From Bacilli bacterium (GTDB lineage: Bacteria > Bacillota_I > Bacilli_A > RF39 > UBA660), in contig JAEEMF010000018.1 in the NCBI GenBank assembly GCA_016283075.1, positions 2,445 to 66,444 of the forward strand: 64,000 nucleotides of DNA. Reading direction: 5' to 3'. The notes under the pieces were generated by a model. The model had not been told where the DNA came from. It ran no database searches and saw only the letters and a list, made by a program, of their open reading frames with translations. Numbering within the stretch: position 1 is the first letter of the stretch; each line of letters opens with the position of its first letter. The translations under genes and the position numbers were made by a program. This document shows positions 9,541 to 19,174 of the stretch, one piece after another.

Positions 9541-10437
9541 TTATTCTACAAATTCTTGTTCAATTTTAAGCTCTATTCCATACTTTTCTTTTACTTTTTC
9601 TTGGATCTCTAAGATAAGTTTTTTGATATCTTCTGCTTTAGCAGATCCAGTATTAATTACGAAGTTAGCATGTTTAGTACTAACCATTGCCCCACCTATT
9701 TTTTTACCTTTATATCCTAAATCTTCTATTAGTTTTCCAGCAAAATTATTATCCGGATTTCTAAATACCGAACCAGCTGAAGGATATTCTAAAGGTTGTG
9801 ATTCTAATCTTCTTTTCTTACGATCATTTATAACTTCAAGAATTGATTCCTTCTTACCACGATATAACTTATATGTTACTTCTAAACATATATATCCAGG
9901 ATTCTTTTGAATAAATGATGTACGATAATGAAAGTCCATTTCTTTATTAGAAAATGTTTTTACTTCTCCTTCTGGAGTAAGTACTTTAACACTTTTCACA
10001 ATATATCCCATATCGCTTTTGTAAGCTCCAGCATTCATATAGATTGCACCACCTACAGTACCAGGAATACCACTTGCAAACTCTATACCAGCTAAACTAT
10101 TTTTAGCAGCTACCATACATAGTTTTATTAAGTTATATCCTGCTCCTACAGTAATAGTAGTACCTTTTATATCTATATTATTAAAATCATCTAATTTAAT
10201 TAAAATACCATCATATAAACCATCAGGAAATATTAAGTTAGAACCATTACCAAGTACTTTATATTTAACATCATTCTTCTTAATATAATCCATTAATTTA
10301 ATAAGAGATTTAATGTCTTTAGGAATAACAAGTACTCTTCCTGTTCCCCCTACTTTATATGTAGTATATTTCTTTAAATCAATGTTCTCTATAATTTTAC
10401 CAACTTTAAGTTGTTTTAATTCTTTAACTTTTACCAT
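9541..10437 (-). CDS. murB: UDP-N-acetylenolpyruvoylglucosamine reductase
   Basis: FAD-binding domain motifs (YKVGGTGRVLVIP, LGNGSNLIF) and PSAGSVFRNP. Confidence 0.95.
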   Translation of the reverse strand: MVKVKELKQLKVGKIIENIDLKKYTTYKVGGTGRVLVIPKDIKSLIKLMDYIKKNDVKYKVLGNGSNLIFPDGLYDGILIKLDDFNNIDIKGTTITVGAGYNLIKLCMVAAKNSLAGIEFASGIPGTVGGAIYMNAGAYKSDMGYIVKSVKVLTPEGEVKTFSNKEMDFHYRTSFIQKNPGYICLEVTYKLYRGKKESILEVINDRKKRRLESQPLEYPSAGSVFRNPDNNFAGKLIEDLGYKGKKIGGAMVSTKHANFVINTGSAKAEDIKKLILEIQEKVKEKYGIELKIEQEFVE

Positions 10438-10442
10438 ATTTA

Positions 10443-11522
10443 TTACCTATCTATTAATTTCTTTAGATTTTCATATATTACAGTTGCACTTTTACCATTA
10501 TCAAATTTAGATAGATTATTTATCATATCTTGTCTTTTCTTATCATTACCAAGTATTTCATCAATACTCTTAGCTAAAACTTTAGTATTAAAATCTTTTT
10601 CAAGTATTACCATAGAAGCATTTCCTTCTTTTAAATCTACGGCATTTTTATATTGATGATTATTTGGTACATAAGGACTAGGTACTAAAATACTAGGTAT
10701 TTTAAGTGCTACTATTTCACTTATTGTAGATGCTCCAGCTCTAGATACAACTAAATCAGTATTCTTCATTAATCTAGTCATATTTTCTATATAAGGATAT
10801 ATTTTTACATTACTTGGTAAAGAATATTTTTTTGCATCTTCATACATATCTTTACCAGTTACTACTGCCATTTCATAATCTTTATCTTTAAAGATATCCG
10901 CATCTTTTAAAATAAGATTATTCATTGAACTAGATCCTTGTGATCCCATTACTACAAGAACTAGTTTTTTATCTTTAGATAAACCATATTCTTCTTTAGA
11001 AATAGGTTTTACTTTTAAAGCATCTTCACTTACTGGATTACCAGTAAATACTACCTTATCACTTGGAAAATCCTTCATAGAACTTTTAAAAGACACTCCT
11101 ATTAAATCAGCATATTTAACAAGTGCTAAATTGGCTTTACCAGCCACACTATTTTGTTCATGAACAAATGTCTTTATACCAAGTTTATGTGCTGATTTTA
11201 TAACTGGATATGTAATATATCCACCTACTCCAATAACAACATCTGGTTTAAAATCTTTTATTAATTTCTTACATCTTTTTTCTGCTTTGATAAGACAAAT
11301 AAGTGTTTTAAAATTCTTAAAGATATGTTTACGATTAAACCCATACATTTCAACCATTTCAAAAGGTATTCCTCTTTTAGGAACAATATCCTTTTCCATA
11401 CGGTTATGAGTTCCTATATATAAAAACTGGCTATCAGGTTCTAATTCTTTTATTTTGTTTACTATAGCAAGTGCTGGATAAATATGTCCTCCAGTACCGC
11501 CGGCACTAATAACTACTTTCAT
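10443..11522 (-). CDS. murG: undecaprenyldiphospho-muramoylpentapeptide beta-N-acetylglucosaminyltransferase
   Basis: N-terminal GGTGGHIYPALA and C-terminal SRAGASTISE motifs. Confidence 0.95.
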   Translation of the reverse strand: MKVVISAGGTGGHIYPALAIVNKIKELEPDSQFLYIGTHNRMEKDIVPKRGIPFEMVEMYGFNRKHIFKNFKTLICLIKAEKRCKKLIKDFKPDVVIGVGGYITYPVIKSAHKLGIKTFVHEQNSVAGKANLALVKYADLIGVSFKSSMKDFPSDKVVFTGNPVSEDALKVKPISKEEYGLSKDKKLVLVVMGSQGSSSMNNLILKDADIFKDKDYEMAVVTGKDMYEDAKKYSLPSNVKIYPYIENMTRLMKNTDLVVSRAGASTISEIVALKIPSILVPSPYVPNNHQYKNAVDLKEGNASMVILEKDFNTKVLAKSIDEILGNDKKRQDMINNLSKFDNGKSATVIYENLKKLIDR

Positions 11523-11573
11523 CTTATCACCATAATAATTATACCATAAAAAAAGAGGTCTAAAAACCTCTTT

Positions 11574-12407
11574 TTACTTAAATAATATAATAACTAGTAA
11601 TCCTACTATTAGGCAGTATACTGAGAAATACATAAGTTTACCATTTTTAACAATATTTCTAAATATCTTAGTAAAGATATAAGTAAATATAAAGGCCATT
11701 AATGTAGCAAGTAAATAGTATAACCATAGAGTACTACTAATTGATATTTCAAGTAAATCTTTTACGCCTAAAATACTAGTTGCAATACTAATAGGAATAT
11801 AAAGGATAAATGAGAAATTAAATGCATCTTCTCTTCTTAATCCTTGGAACATAGATCCTACTATAGTAGAACCACTTCTACTAATACCAGGAATAAGTGC
11901 TACCATTTGATATAAACCTATTACTAAAGCTGATTTAAAGGACATTTTTTTAGCGTTTTTAGTACCTTTAAAGTCTTTTATTAAATATAAGAATAACGCA
12001 GTTACACAAAGCATTAAACCTATAAATTTAACGTTTTCTTCTAATTTATCTAATAATCCTAGTTTAGTAACAATAATACCAGCTATTCCAGCAGGAATAG
12101 TAGCAATTACTATAAGCCAGCAATATCTAAAGTTAATAAAGTTTTCTTTAGATCTATCCTTATTAAATAAATAAGTAAAAAATGATTTAACAAGACTAAC
12201 AATATCTTTCCAAAAGATAATAACAATAGCAAGTAAACTACCAAAATTAGTCATTGTTGCAAATGTTTCAAAATCAACATTAAAGTTAACAGAAACTTTT
12301 TCTAAAATAGTTTTAATTATAAGTAGATGCCCACTACTAGATACCGGAATAGGTTCAGTAATACCTTGCACTATTCCTAAAAAGATATATTTAATTATAT
12401 TTATCAT
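11574..12407 (-). CDS. uppP: undecaprenyl-diphosphate phosphatase
   Basis: PVSSSGHL and PGISRSGSTI BacA/UppP motifs; 8 TM helices. Its AGGAGGG RBS abuts the stop of the upstream pilin-LRR gene. Confidence 0.93.
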   Translation of the reverse strand: MINIIKYIFLGIVQGITEPIPVSSSGHLLIIKTILEKVSVNFNVDFETFATMTNFGSLLAIVIIFWKDIVSLVKSFFTYLFNKDRSKENFINFRYCWLIVIATIPAGIAGIIVTKLGLLDKLEENVKFIGLMLCVTALFLYLIKDFKGTKNAKKMSFKSALVIGLYQMVALIPGISRSGSTIVGSMFQGLRREDAFNFSFILYIPISIATSILGVKDLLEISISSTLWLYYLLATLMAFIFTYIFTKIFRNIVKNGKLMYFSVYCLIVGLLVIILFK

Positions 12408-12417
12408 ATAAACCCTC

Positions 12418-14619
12418 CTATCCTAACCAGTTTACTGTCGTATCAGTTGCTCCCCAAGGAGAGCCAGATATTGAACCTTTCTTTCTATTTACATTTATTG
12501 TGGCATTTTTTGTACCATAGAAACAATTTTTATTTATTTTAGATACTTTAGAACCTATTGTTATATTTTTAAGAGACCCTTTATTATAAAATGCTCTTTG
12601 ATCAAGTGCTGTGACATTATCAGGAATTACAAGTGATGTTAATTTGTGATTCTTGAAAGCATCTTTACCAATTGTTTTAAGACCATTTCCGAGTGTTAAA
12701 CTAGTTAATTCATAGCCAATATCATCCCAGAATGCTCCATCTTCTATAGTAGTTATATTATCTGGAATAACTAAATTTTTAATACTATGATTATAGAATG
12801 ATGAATCAGTAATAGTTTTTAAGCCTGATCCAATAGTTAAATTTTCAAGCGCTAAACATCCCGAAAAAGCATGGCCTCCTAAGGACTTAAGACTATTAGG
12901 TAATACAACTTTTTTTAGGTTTATAAGTTTATAAAATGCAAAATTGTCAATACTTTCAAGCCCTTCATTCAAGTCCAGTGTCTTCAAATTTGAAGCTTGG
13001 ACAAAGGCATTATATTCAATCGTTTTAACTGAACCAGGTATTCTAACTGATTCAATGGATGTATCTTTATAAAAAGCATTATCTTTTATAAGTTCAACAC
13101 CATCTTTTATTTCTAAATTGGTTAATGCTTTATTTTCACAAAATGCACAATGACCAATTGTCTTTACAGATCCAGGTATAATTAAATTTTTAAATGCACC
13201 AAGTGTAAATGCTTGAAATCCAATTTCTTCTATTCCATCATGAAGAACCAGATTTGTAATTGTGGAAGTATTATCTCTACTATTAACGAATGAATTTTTA
13301 CCTATTTTTTTAACAGTTCCTGCTATTTCAACATTAACCGAATGGTTATTTGAAAAAGAATCTTGCCCTATAAATTCGATACCGTTTGGAATAACGATAT
13401 TTGTTAAAGAATTGGATTCAAATGCGCCATATGGAATCTTTTTAACTTTTCCATATACAATATTATCTAAATGATTTATAGAAAAAGATGCAAATCCAAT
13501 ATGATTAACATTCTTTAAGTCAAGACTTCCTGACAATGAACTAGAAGCAAAAGCTTTTGAGCCAATATATTCGAGTGATTCAGGTAAATCAAGACTTCCT
13601 AAAGTATTAGCCGCAAAAGCATTAGGTTCAATTTTTTTAACATAATCACCTAGATTTAAGGATTTAAGATTAGAATTATATGCAGCACCAAATGGAATTG
13701 TAGTTAAATACTTAGCACGTGAAAAATCTATACTATCTATTTCATTTATGGAAAGATCACGTTCCGAATAATCGTATGTGAAATAGCAAAATAAATATCC
13801 GTCCCCATCTTCCATTTTATAATAACCAGTTTTTTCTACTAAAGAATCGGAATTCTCAGCGGTATAACAATTTGTTTTAGCAAGTTTAGTTCCTTTATAA
13901 TTAATAATATAGGTAGTTAAGTCATCATTATACTCTATATCCGGGTCATAAATTTCATCATGACCATAATAATCATCTTCATCTTCAAAGATTCTTACTG
14001 CTATAAATCTATCTTTATCAAGGAATGTTAATTTTGCAAGTTCGGTTACTTTTTCTCCATTAATTGTACTAGGTATTATTATATCTCTAGAACATGTTTC
14101 ATCTTCAAATTTATATCCTGTTATAGTAACTCCTGTACTATTAGGTTCGTATGTAAAGCATGAGTTTTCTCCTCTTACATTAATTGGATCACTATAGTAG
14201 TCCTTTAGCTGCTGAGGCTCTTCACCATTAGTGTATGCTTTTGCTCTTGAACTTTCAAATGGTTTTACTGAATGAATTGTTCCTGTTTCATCACTAGCAA
14301 TTAGTGATATCCTGCAGTCTTCATCTATATCCATTATTCCCGAATAAGGAATATCTCCTGTTACATCTATATCTAAATCTTTTATTTTACCTTCTTCGAT
14401 ATAGTATCTTTTACCACCTATTGTTTTTCCATTTAAAACTTCAGTATTACATGTTGATTTAACATGTTCAACTAAATTATTAGATGATGTTTCAAATGCT
14501 TCTTTTTTAGATGCTTCTACAACCGAAGAAATACTTGGCATTGCTATTAAAAGTATAATGCCAAGTATTAATATAATTGCTAGAAGTTCTATTAATGTAA
14601 AACCTTTGTTGTTTTTCAT
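12418..14619 (-). CDS. modular type IV pilin-like protein: prepilin N-terminus fused to BspA-type leucine-rich repeats (paralog 1 of 3)
   Basis: MKNNKG|FTLIELLAIILILGIILLIAMPS is a class III signal (G-F-T-L-I-E plus hydrophobic helix). More than 15 repeats of LRR_5 type follow (IP.sVk.Ig..AF..c..L). Conserved C-terminus GSPWGATDTTVNWLG. Confidence 0.8.
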   Translation of the reverse strand: MKNNKGFTLIELLAIILILGIILLIAMPSISSVVEASKKEAFETSSNNLVEHVKSTCNTEVLNGKTIGGKRYYIEEGKIKDLDIDVTGDIPYSGIMDIDEDCRISLIASDETGTIHSVKPFESSRAKAYTNGEEPQQLKDYYSDPINVRGENSCFTYEPNSTGVTITGYKFEDETCSRDIIIPSTINGEKVTELAKLTFLDKDRFIAVRIFEDEDDYYGHDEIYDPDIEYNDDLTTYIINYKGTKLAKTNCYTAENSDSLVEKTGYYKMEDGDGYLFCYFTYDYSERDLSINEIDSIDFSRAKYLTTIPFGAAYNSNLKSLNLGDYVKKIEPNAFAANTLGSLDLPESLEYIGSKAFASSSLSGSLDLKNVNHIGFASFSINHLDNIVYGKVKKIPYGAFESNSLTNIVIPNGIEFIGQDSFSNNHSVNVEIAGTVKKIGKNSFVNSRDNTSTITNLVLHDGIEEIGFQAFTLGAFKNLIIPGSVKTIGHCAFCENKALTNLEIKDGVELIKDNAFYKDTSIESVRIPGSVKTIEYNAFVQASNLKTLDLNEGLESIDNFAFYKLINLKKVVLPNSLKSLGGHAFSGCLALENLTIGSGLKTITDSSFYNHSIKNLVIPDNITTIEDGAFWDDIGYELTSLTLGNGLKTIGKDAFKNHKLTSLVIPDNVTALDQRAFYNKGSLKNITIGSKVSKINKNCFYGTKNATINVNRKKGSISGSPWGATDTTVNWLG

Positions 14620-14629
14620 ATATATCCCT

Positions 14630-16723
14630 CTATTTTGCCCAGTTTACTGTTGTAGATGTTGCTCCCCAAGGAGAACCTGTTACACTTCCTTCTGGTTTAT
14701 TTATATTTATTGTTGCGGATGTAATGTTTTTAAATGCATTAGATCCTATTTTAGTAATATTAGATCCAATATTAAATGTTTTAATATTAGGACTTTCTGT
14801 AAATGCAGTTACACCTATTTCTTTTACACTATTTGGTAGTGTAAGTGTATTAACATTAAATGATTTATTAAATGCATTTTTACCTATATATTCAAGCCCT
14901 TCATTAAATGTTACTTTCTTAATTGAAGTATATCTACATTTAAATCCTCCTTCTTCAATTCTCTTAATACTACCTGGAATTGTAAGTGAACTAATACGAG
15001 AATTATAGAATGCACTTTTTGGTATTACAGTAAGTTTATTACTTAAAGTTAATGAAGAAAGTTCTCTACATCCATAGAAAGCTCCTTCACCTAAAGAGGT
15101 TAATGTATTAGGAAGTTTAACTCCAGTTAATACTGCATCATTTTGGAATGCCCAACCTCCTATTTCTTCAAGTCCACTATTAAGTGTTAATGTTTTTAAA
15201 AGTGTATTATTGAAGAATGCACCATCACCAATTATCTTAACAGAACTTGGAATTGTAAGCGAAGTAATATTTGTAGTAGCAAATGCTCCCATTTTTATTT
15301 CTTCTATACCACTACCAAGTGTAATTTTAGTAATAGTTGGAACTCCCATTTGATTTTCAAAAGCAGATTCTCCGATTACTTTAACAGATCCAGCAATTGT
15401 TACTGTATCAGTATTACTATCTGCAAAAGATAATCCTCCAATTCCTGTTACAGTACTAGGAATAACAATATTTGTTAAAGTATTATCTTGGAAAGCCATC
15501 TTTGGAATATAACTAACATTACCAAAATTAATTGAATCAATTGAATTTGAATTAAATGCACCCTGACCTATTTTTTCAACTTTATTTAAATCAAGACTTG
15601 ATAAATCATTATCAAGGAATGCAACTCCTCCTATTTCTTTTACATTATCTGGAATTTCAAGTTCAGTAATTGAATTATATCCAAAAGCACTACCACCTAT
15701 TTTAGTAATATAATTACCTATCTTAATACTTGTTAGACCTATACGATGAGCAAGCCCAAAAGGTATTTCAGTTAAATATTTAGCGCGTGAAAAATCAATG
15801 CTGTTTAAAGATACATTACCTTCATCACTACTCTTATTTATAGTGAATAAGCAGAAGTCATATCCATCACCATCTTGTTTATCATACTTACCTTCTGTTT
15901 CAAATACAATTGTGCTGCCTACATAACATGTAGTTTTTTTAACAAAAGAACCTTTATTATATACAGCTAAATTGTATTCAATAGAATCACTATCTTCAAA
16001 ACTAGGTAAATCATCACTATCTACATCTAAAACCATCATACTACCTGAACGGCTAAGACTATAAGGTCCTTTTGGTATTGATGTTCTCATAACGAAGAAT
16101 TTTTCTTTATCTACAAAAGCAAACTGTTTTAACTCAGTAACATTATTTCCTCCAATACTTGTAGGAATAATTACATCTTTAGAACAAGATTCATTTTCAA
16201 ATTTATATCCAGTAATAGTAACTCCTGTACTATTTCTTTTATATAAGAAACATGTATCAGTAGGACTTTCATTTATAGGTAAATTATTATATCTTTCAAG
16301 TTCTTCAGATTCTTCACCTATTTTATATGTCTTAGCTTTAGAAGAATCATAATCTTTTACAGCATAATATTTTTCTTCTTTATCTTCAACATATAAAGCT
16401 ACCTGACAATCATCATTAATAGTAATAGTCCCACTATTTGGTATTTCACCATCATAAGATATATCAAGGCCATCTATCTTACCATCATTAATAGTGTATA
16501 CTCCTGATAAGTTTTTGCCAGTAGAAGCATAAGTATTACATGTTGATTTAACATTACTAGATAAGTTATTTGAAGTAGTTTCAAAAGCTTCCTTTTTAGA
16601 AGCTTCAACAACTGAATTAATACTAGGAATTGCTATTAAAGCTATAATTCCAAGTATTAATATGATTGCTAAGAGTTCTATTAAGGTAAATCCTTTGTTT
16701 TTCTTCTTAGTAAGTATTTTCAT
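14630..16723 (-). CDS. modular type IV pilin-like protein with BspA-type LRR domain (paralog 2 of 3)
   Basis: MKILTKKKNKG|FTLIELLAIILILGIIALIAIPS, then an LRR_5-type repeat array. C-terminus GSPWGATSTTVNWAK. Confidence 0.8.
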   Translation of the reverse strand: MKILTKKKNKGFTLIELLAIILILGIIALIAIPSINSVVEASKKEAFETTSNNLSSNVKSTCNTYASTGKNLSGVYTINDGKIDGLDISYDGEIPNSGTITINDDCQVALYVEDKEEKYYAVKDYDSSKAKTYKIGEESEELERYNNLPINESPTDTCFLYKRNSTGVTITGYKFENESCSKDVIIPTSIGGNNVTELKQFAFVDKEKFFVMRTSIPKGPYSLSRSGSMMVLDVDSDDLPSFEDSDSIEYNLAVYNKGSFVKKTTCYVGSTIVFETEGKYDKQDGDGYDFCLFTINKSSDEGNVSLNSIDFSRAKYLTEIPFGLAHRIGLTSIKIGNYITKIGGSAFGYNSITELEIPDNVKEIGGVAFLDNDLSSLDLNKVEKIGQGAFNSNSIDSINFGNVSYIPKMAFQDNTLTNIVIPSTVTGIGGLSFADSNTDTVTIAGSVKVIGESAFENQMGVPTITKITLGSGIEEIKMGAFATTNITSLTIPSSVKIIGDGAFFNNTLLKTLTLNSGLEEIGGWAFQNDAVLTGVKLPNTLTSLGEGAFYGCRELSSLTLSNKLTVIPKSAFYNSRISSLTIPGSIKRIEEGGFKCRYTSIKKVTFNEGLEYIGKNAFNKSFNVNTLTLPNSVKEIGVTAFTESPNIKTFNIGSNITKIGSNAFKNITSATININKPEGSVTGSPWGATSTTVNWAK

Positions 16724-16802
16724 TTATATCACCCTTTCGATTCTTAGGTTCTATCTCTATTTATATACATTATACCATTATTTATAATATAATCACTATT
16801 AT

Positions 16803-18890
16803 TTATCCAAGCCAGTTTACTGTTGTAGATGTTGCTCCCCAAGGAGAATTTGCAACTGAACCACTAGCTTTATTTATATTAATTGTTGCACCAGTAACCG
16901 AAGTAAATGCTGTATTATGAATAGTTTTAATACCACTTCCAATATTAACTGTTTTTATACTCTTACTTCTAAATGCACCTTCACTTATTTCTTCAACATT
17001 ATCAGGAATATTAATAGTATCAGATTTTATCTGATCAAACGCATATTTTCCAATTGTTTTTAAACCGCTTCCAATTGTAAGAGTATGACTACTTCCTAGT
17101 GGAGAACCAAAAGCCCAGCTGCTAATTGATGTTACACTATCAGGTATTACAATATTTGTTAATCTATTATGATTAAATGCATATTCACCAATTGTTTCAA
17201 CACCGCTTCCAAGGTTTAATGTTGAAGCGTTACAGTTATTAAATGCATAACCACTTATTGTCTTAACACTATTTGGGATATTAATTGTTCCAATACTATT
17301 ATCATTATTAAACGCATAATATCCAATGGATTCAAGTCCTTCATTTAGAACAAGATTTGATAGTACACCACATCCAGCAAATGCAGTTCGACTTATTGTT
17401 TTTACTGAACCAGGAATATTTAAAGAAGTAAGATTACATTGTCCAAACGCACGATACCCGATGAATTCTACTCCGTTATCTAAAACAAGAGAAGTAAGAT
17501 AGTTGTCATTTCTATTATCTCCATTATAAAATGCATCTGAACTTATTCTTTTAACAGAACCAGGGATATGTGCATACTGAATTTTATTATTATAAAATGA
17601 AGATGAGCCAACTGCGGTTACAGTGTTAGGTAAATCAACTCTTGGAATTAAATTAACAGCAAAAGTAAAATGTTCAACTCTATTTATTATACCAAACTTT
17701 ATATCATCAATTTGATTATGATAAAAAGCATCTGGTCCAACCTTTTCAACGTTTTTTAAATCAAGAGATGTTATATTATTATTAAAAAATGCATCTCCAC
17801 CAATAATTTTCAAATTATTAGATATATCAATAGAAGTAATACTATTTGCATTAGTATTAGTTTTACCGTTTGATTTAAAAGCACCAGCTCCTATTTTTGT
17901 AATGTAATTACCAATTTTAATACTAGTTAATCCCATGTTAGCAGCAACACCTCTTGGTATTTCTGTTAAATACTTAGCATGAGAAAAGTCTATACTATTT
18001 AGTGTATATGGATAAGTTACTGAATTAGTAGTATTTGCTGAAGGCTGACAAAAAAGATATTCATCATCTAAAGTGTGATTATAGTCTGCACCTTCTGAAT
18101 GTAAGGTTCCGGATGAATCAGAACAAGTATATCCAGTTATTTCTGTACCTTTTTTAAGAATAAGAAGTGTTATTTTATTATCATCTTTTGTAATTGTATC
18201 TTTATCATATTTAAGATAATCCATAGATACCTTTCCATCAGTATACTCAATATAATATGAATAATAAATAATTGATTCTGGATCTATAAAAGCAAATTCT
18301 TTTATAGCAGTAACATTTTTACCACCTATTGATGTTGGTATAACTACATCTTTAGAACATGATTCATCTTCATGTTTATATCCTGTTATTGTTACTCCTG
18401 TACTATTGTTTTCATATAAGAAACATGAATTATTTTGAGGAGCATATATAGGAATTTCACTATTATTTATTAATGAATCATTTACTGTTCCTTTATCATA
18501 GATTTCTACTCTTTCATCTTTAAAATCCTTGTATGCTACGTAGTTACCTGAATCATCTTCAGCATATATAGATACTTCACATTTTTCATTTATAGAGATA
18601 AATCCTGATTTAGGGAGTTTACCTGTAACTTCAAGTTTTAATCCCACTACTTCATTATCTACGATATCGTAAGTTTTAGCTTCAACTTGTCCTGATATCA
18701 TAAGAGTTTGACAGTTAGTACTTGCTCCTTTAGCAATATTATCTGAAGATACTCTAAATGCTTCTTTCTTAGATTGGTTTATTACACTATTAACACTAGG
18801 TATTGCTATTAGTGCAATAATACCAAGAATAAGTATTACAGCAAGTAATTCTATTAAAGTAAATCCATTTGTATTCTTACGTATTTTCAT
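16803..18890 (-). CDS. modular type IV pilin-like protein with BspA-type LRR domain (paralog 3 of 3)
   Basis: MKIRKNTNG|FTLIELLAVILILGIIALIAIPS, then an LRR_5-type repeat array. C-terminus NSPWGATSTTVNWLG. Confidence 0.8.
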   Translation of the reverse strand: MKIRKNTNGFTLIELLAVILILGIIALIAIPSVNSVINQSKKEAFRVSSDNIAKGASTNCQTLMISGQVEAKTYDIVDNEVVGLKLEVTGKLPKSGFISINEKCEVSIYAEDDSGNYVAYKDFKDERVEIYDKGTVNDSLINNSEIPIYAPQNNSCFLYENNSTGVTITGYKHEDESCSKDVVIPTSIGGKNVTAIKEFAFIDPESIIYYSYYIEYTDGKVSMDYLKYDKDTITKDDNKITLLILKKGTEITGYTCSDSSGTLHSEGADYNHTLDDEYLFCQPSANTTNSVTYPYTLNSIDFSHAKYLTEIPRGVAANMGLTSIKIGNYITKIGAGAFKSNGKTNTNANSITSIDISNNLKIIGGDAFFNNNITSLDLKNVEKVGPDAFYHNQIDDIKFGIINRVEHFTFAVNLIPRVDLPNTVTAVGSSSFYNNKIQYAHIPGSVKRISSDAFYNGDNRNDNYLTSLVLDNGVEFIGYRAFGQCNLTSLNIPGSVKTISRTAFAGCGVLSNLVLNEGLESIGYYAFNNDNSIGTINIPNSVKTISGYAFNNCNASTLNLGSGVETIGEYAFNHNRLTNIVIPDSVTSISSWAFGSPLGSSHTLTIGSGLKTIGKYAFDQIKSDTINIPDNVEEISEGAFRSKSIKTVNIGSGIKTIHNTAFTSVTGATININKASGSVANSPWGATSTTVNWLG

Positions 18891-18944
18891 ATTACCACCT
18901 ATTATAATTCTAACACATTTTACATAATAAAAAAAGTAATTTAT

Positions 18945-18974
18945 TTGACAAATTAAAGAAGAAAACTTTATAAT
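18945..18974 (+). promoter_or_regulatory. sigma-A type promoter for the glmS leader
   Basis: TTGACA (18945-18950), 18-nt spacer, TATAAT (18969-18974). Confidence 0.65.
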
Positions 18975-19007
18975 GAATTTAAGATTTAATAGTAGAAAGG
19001 AGCACTT

Positions 19008-19150
19008 AAATCTAGCGCCAGGCCTATTTGGTGACGAGGTTAGTAATTATCGAAATATTCGGCGGGTATTACTACGGGGAGAAGTTCTCGATAGATATAT
19101 TTACAAAAAACAAAATCAAAATTGTAACAAAAGAATATATCACACTTTGC
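19008..19150 (+). promoter_or_regulatory. glmS ribozyme / GlcN6P riboswitch (3' boundary approximate)
   Basis: Cleavage-site and core motifs AGCGCCAGG...GACGAGG...UUAUCGAAAUAUUCGGCGGG match the conserved glmS ribozyme core. Sits directly upstream of glmS. Confidence 0.85.
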
Positions 19151-19174
19151 ATATTTAAGGAGGATTTTTTAATA

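Noticed and set aside
18973-19174. ORF 18973..19158 and the 49-codon N-terminal extension of the glmS ORF (19028)
   Set aside because: The region carries glmS ribozyme core motifs. GlmS must begin Met-Cys, and the ATG at 19175 has a strong RBS.
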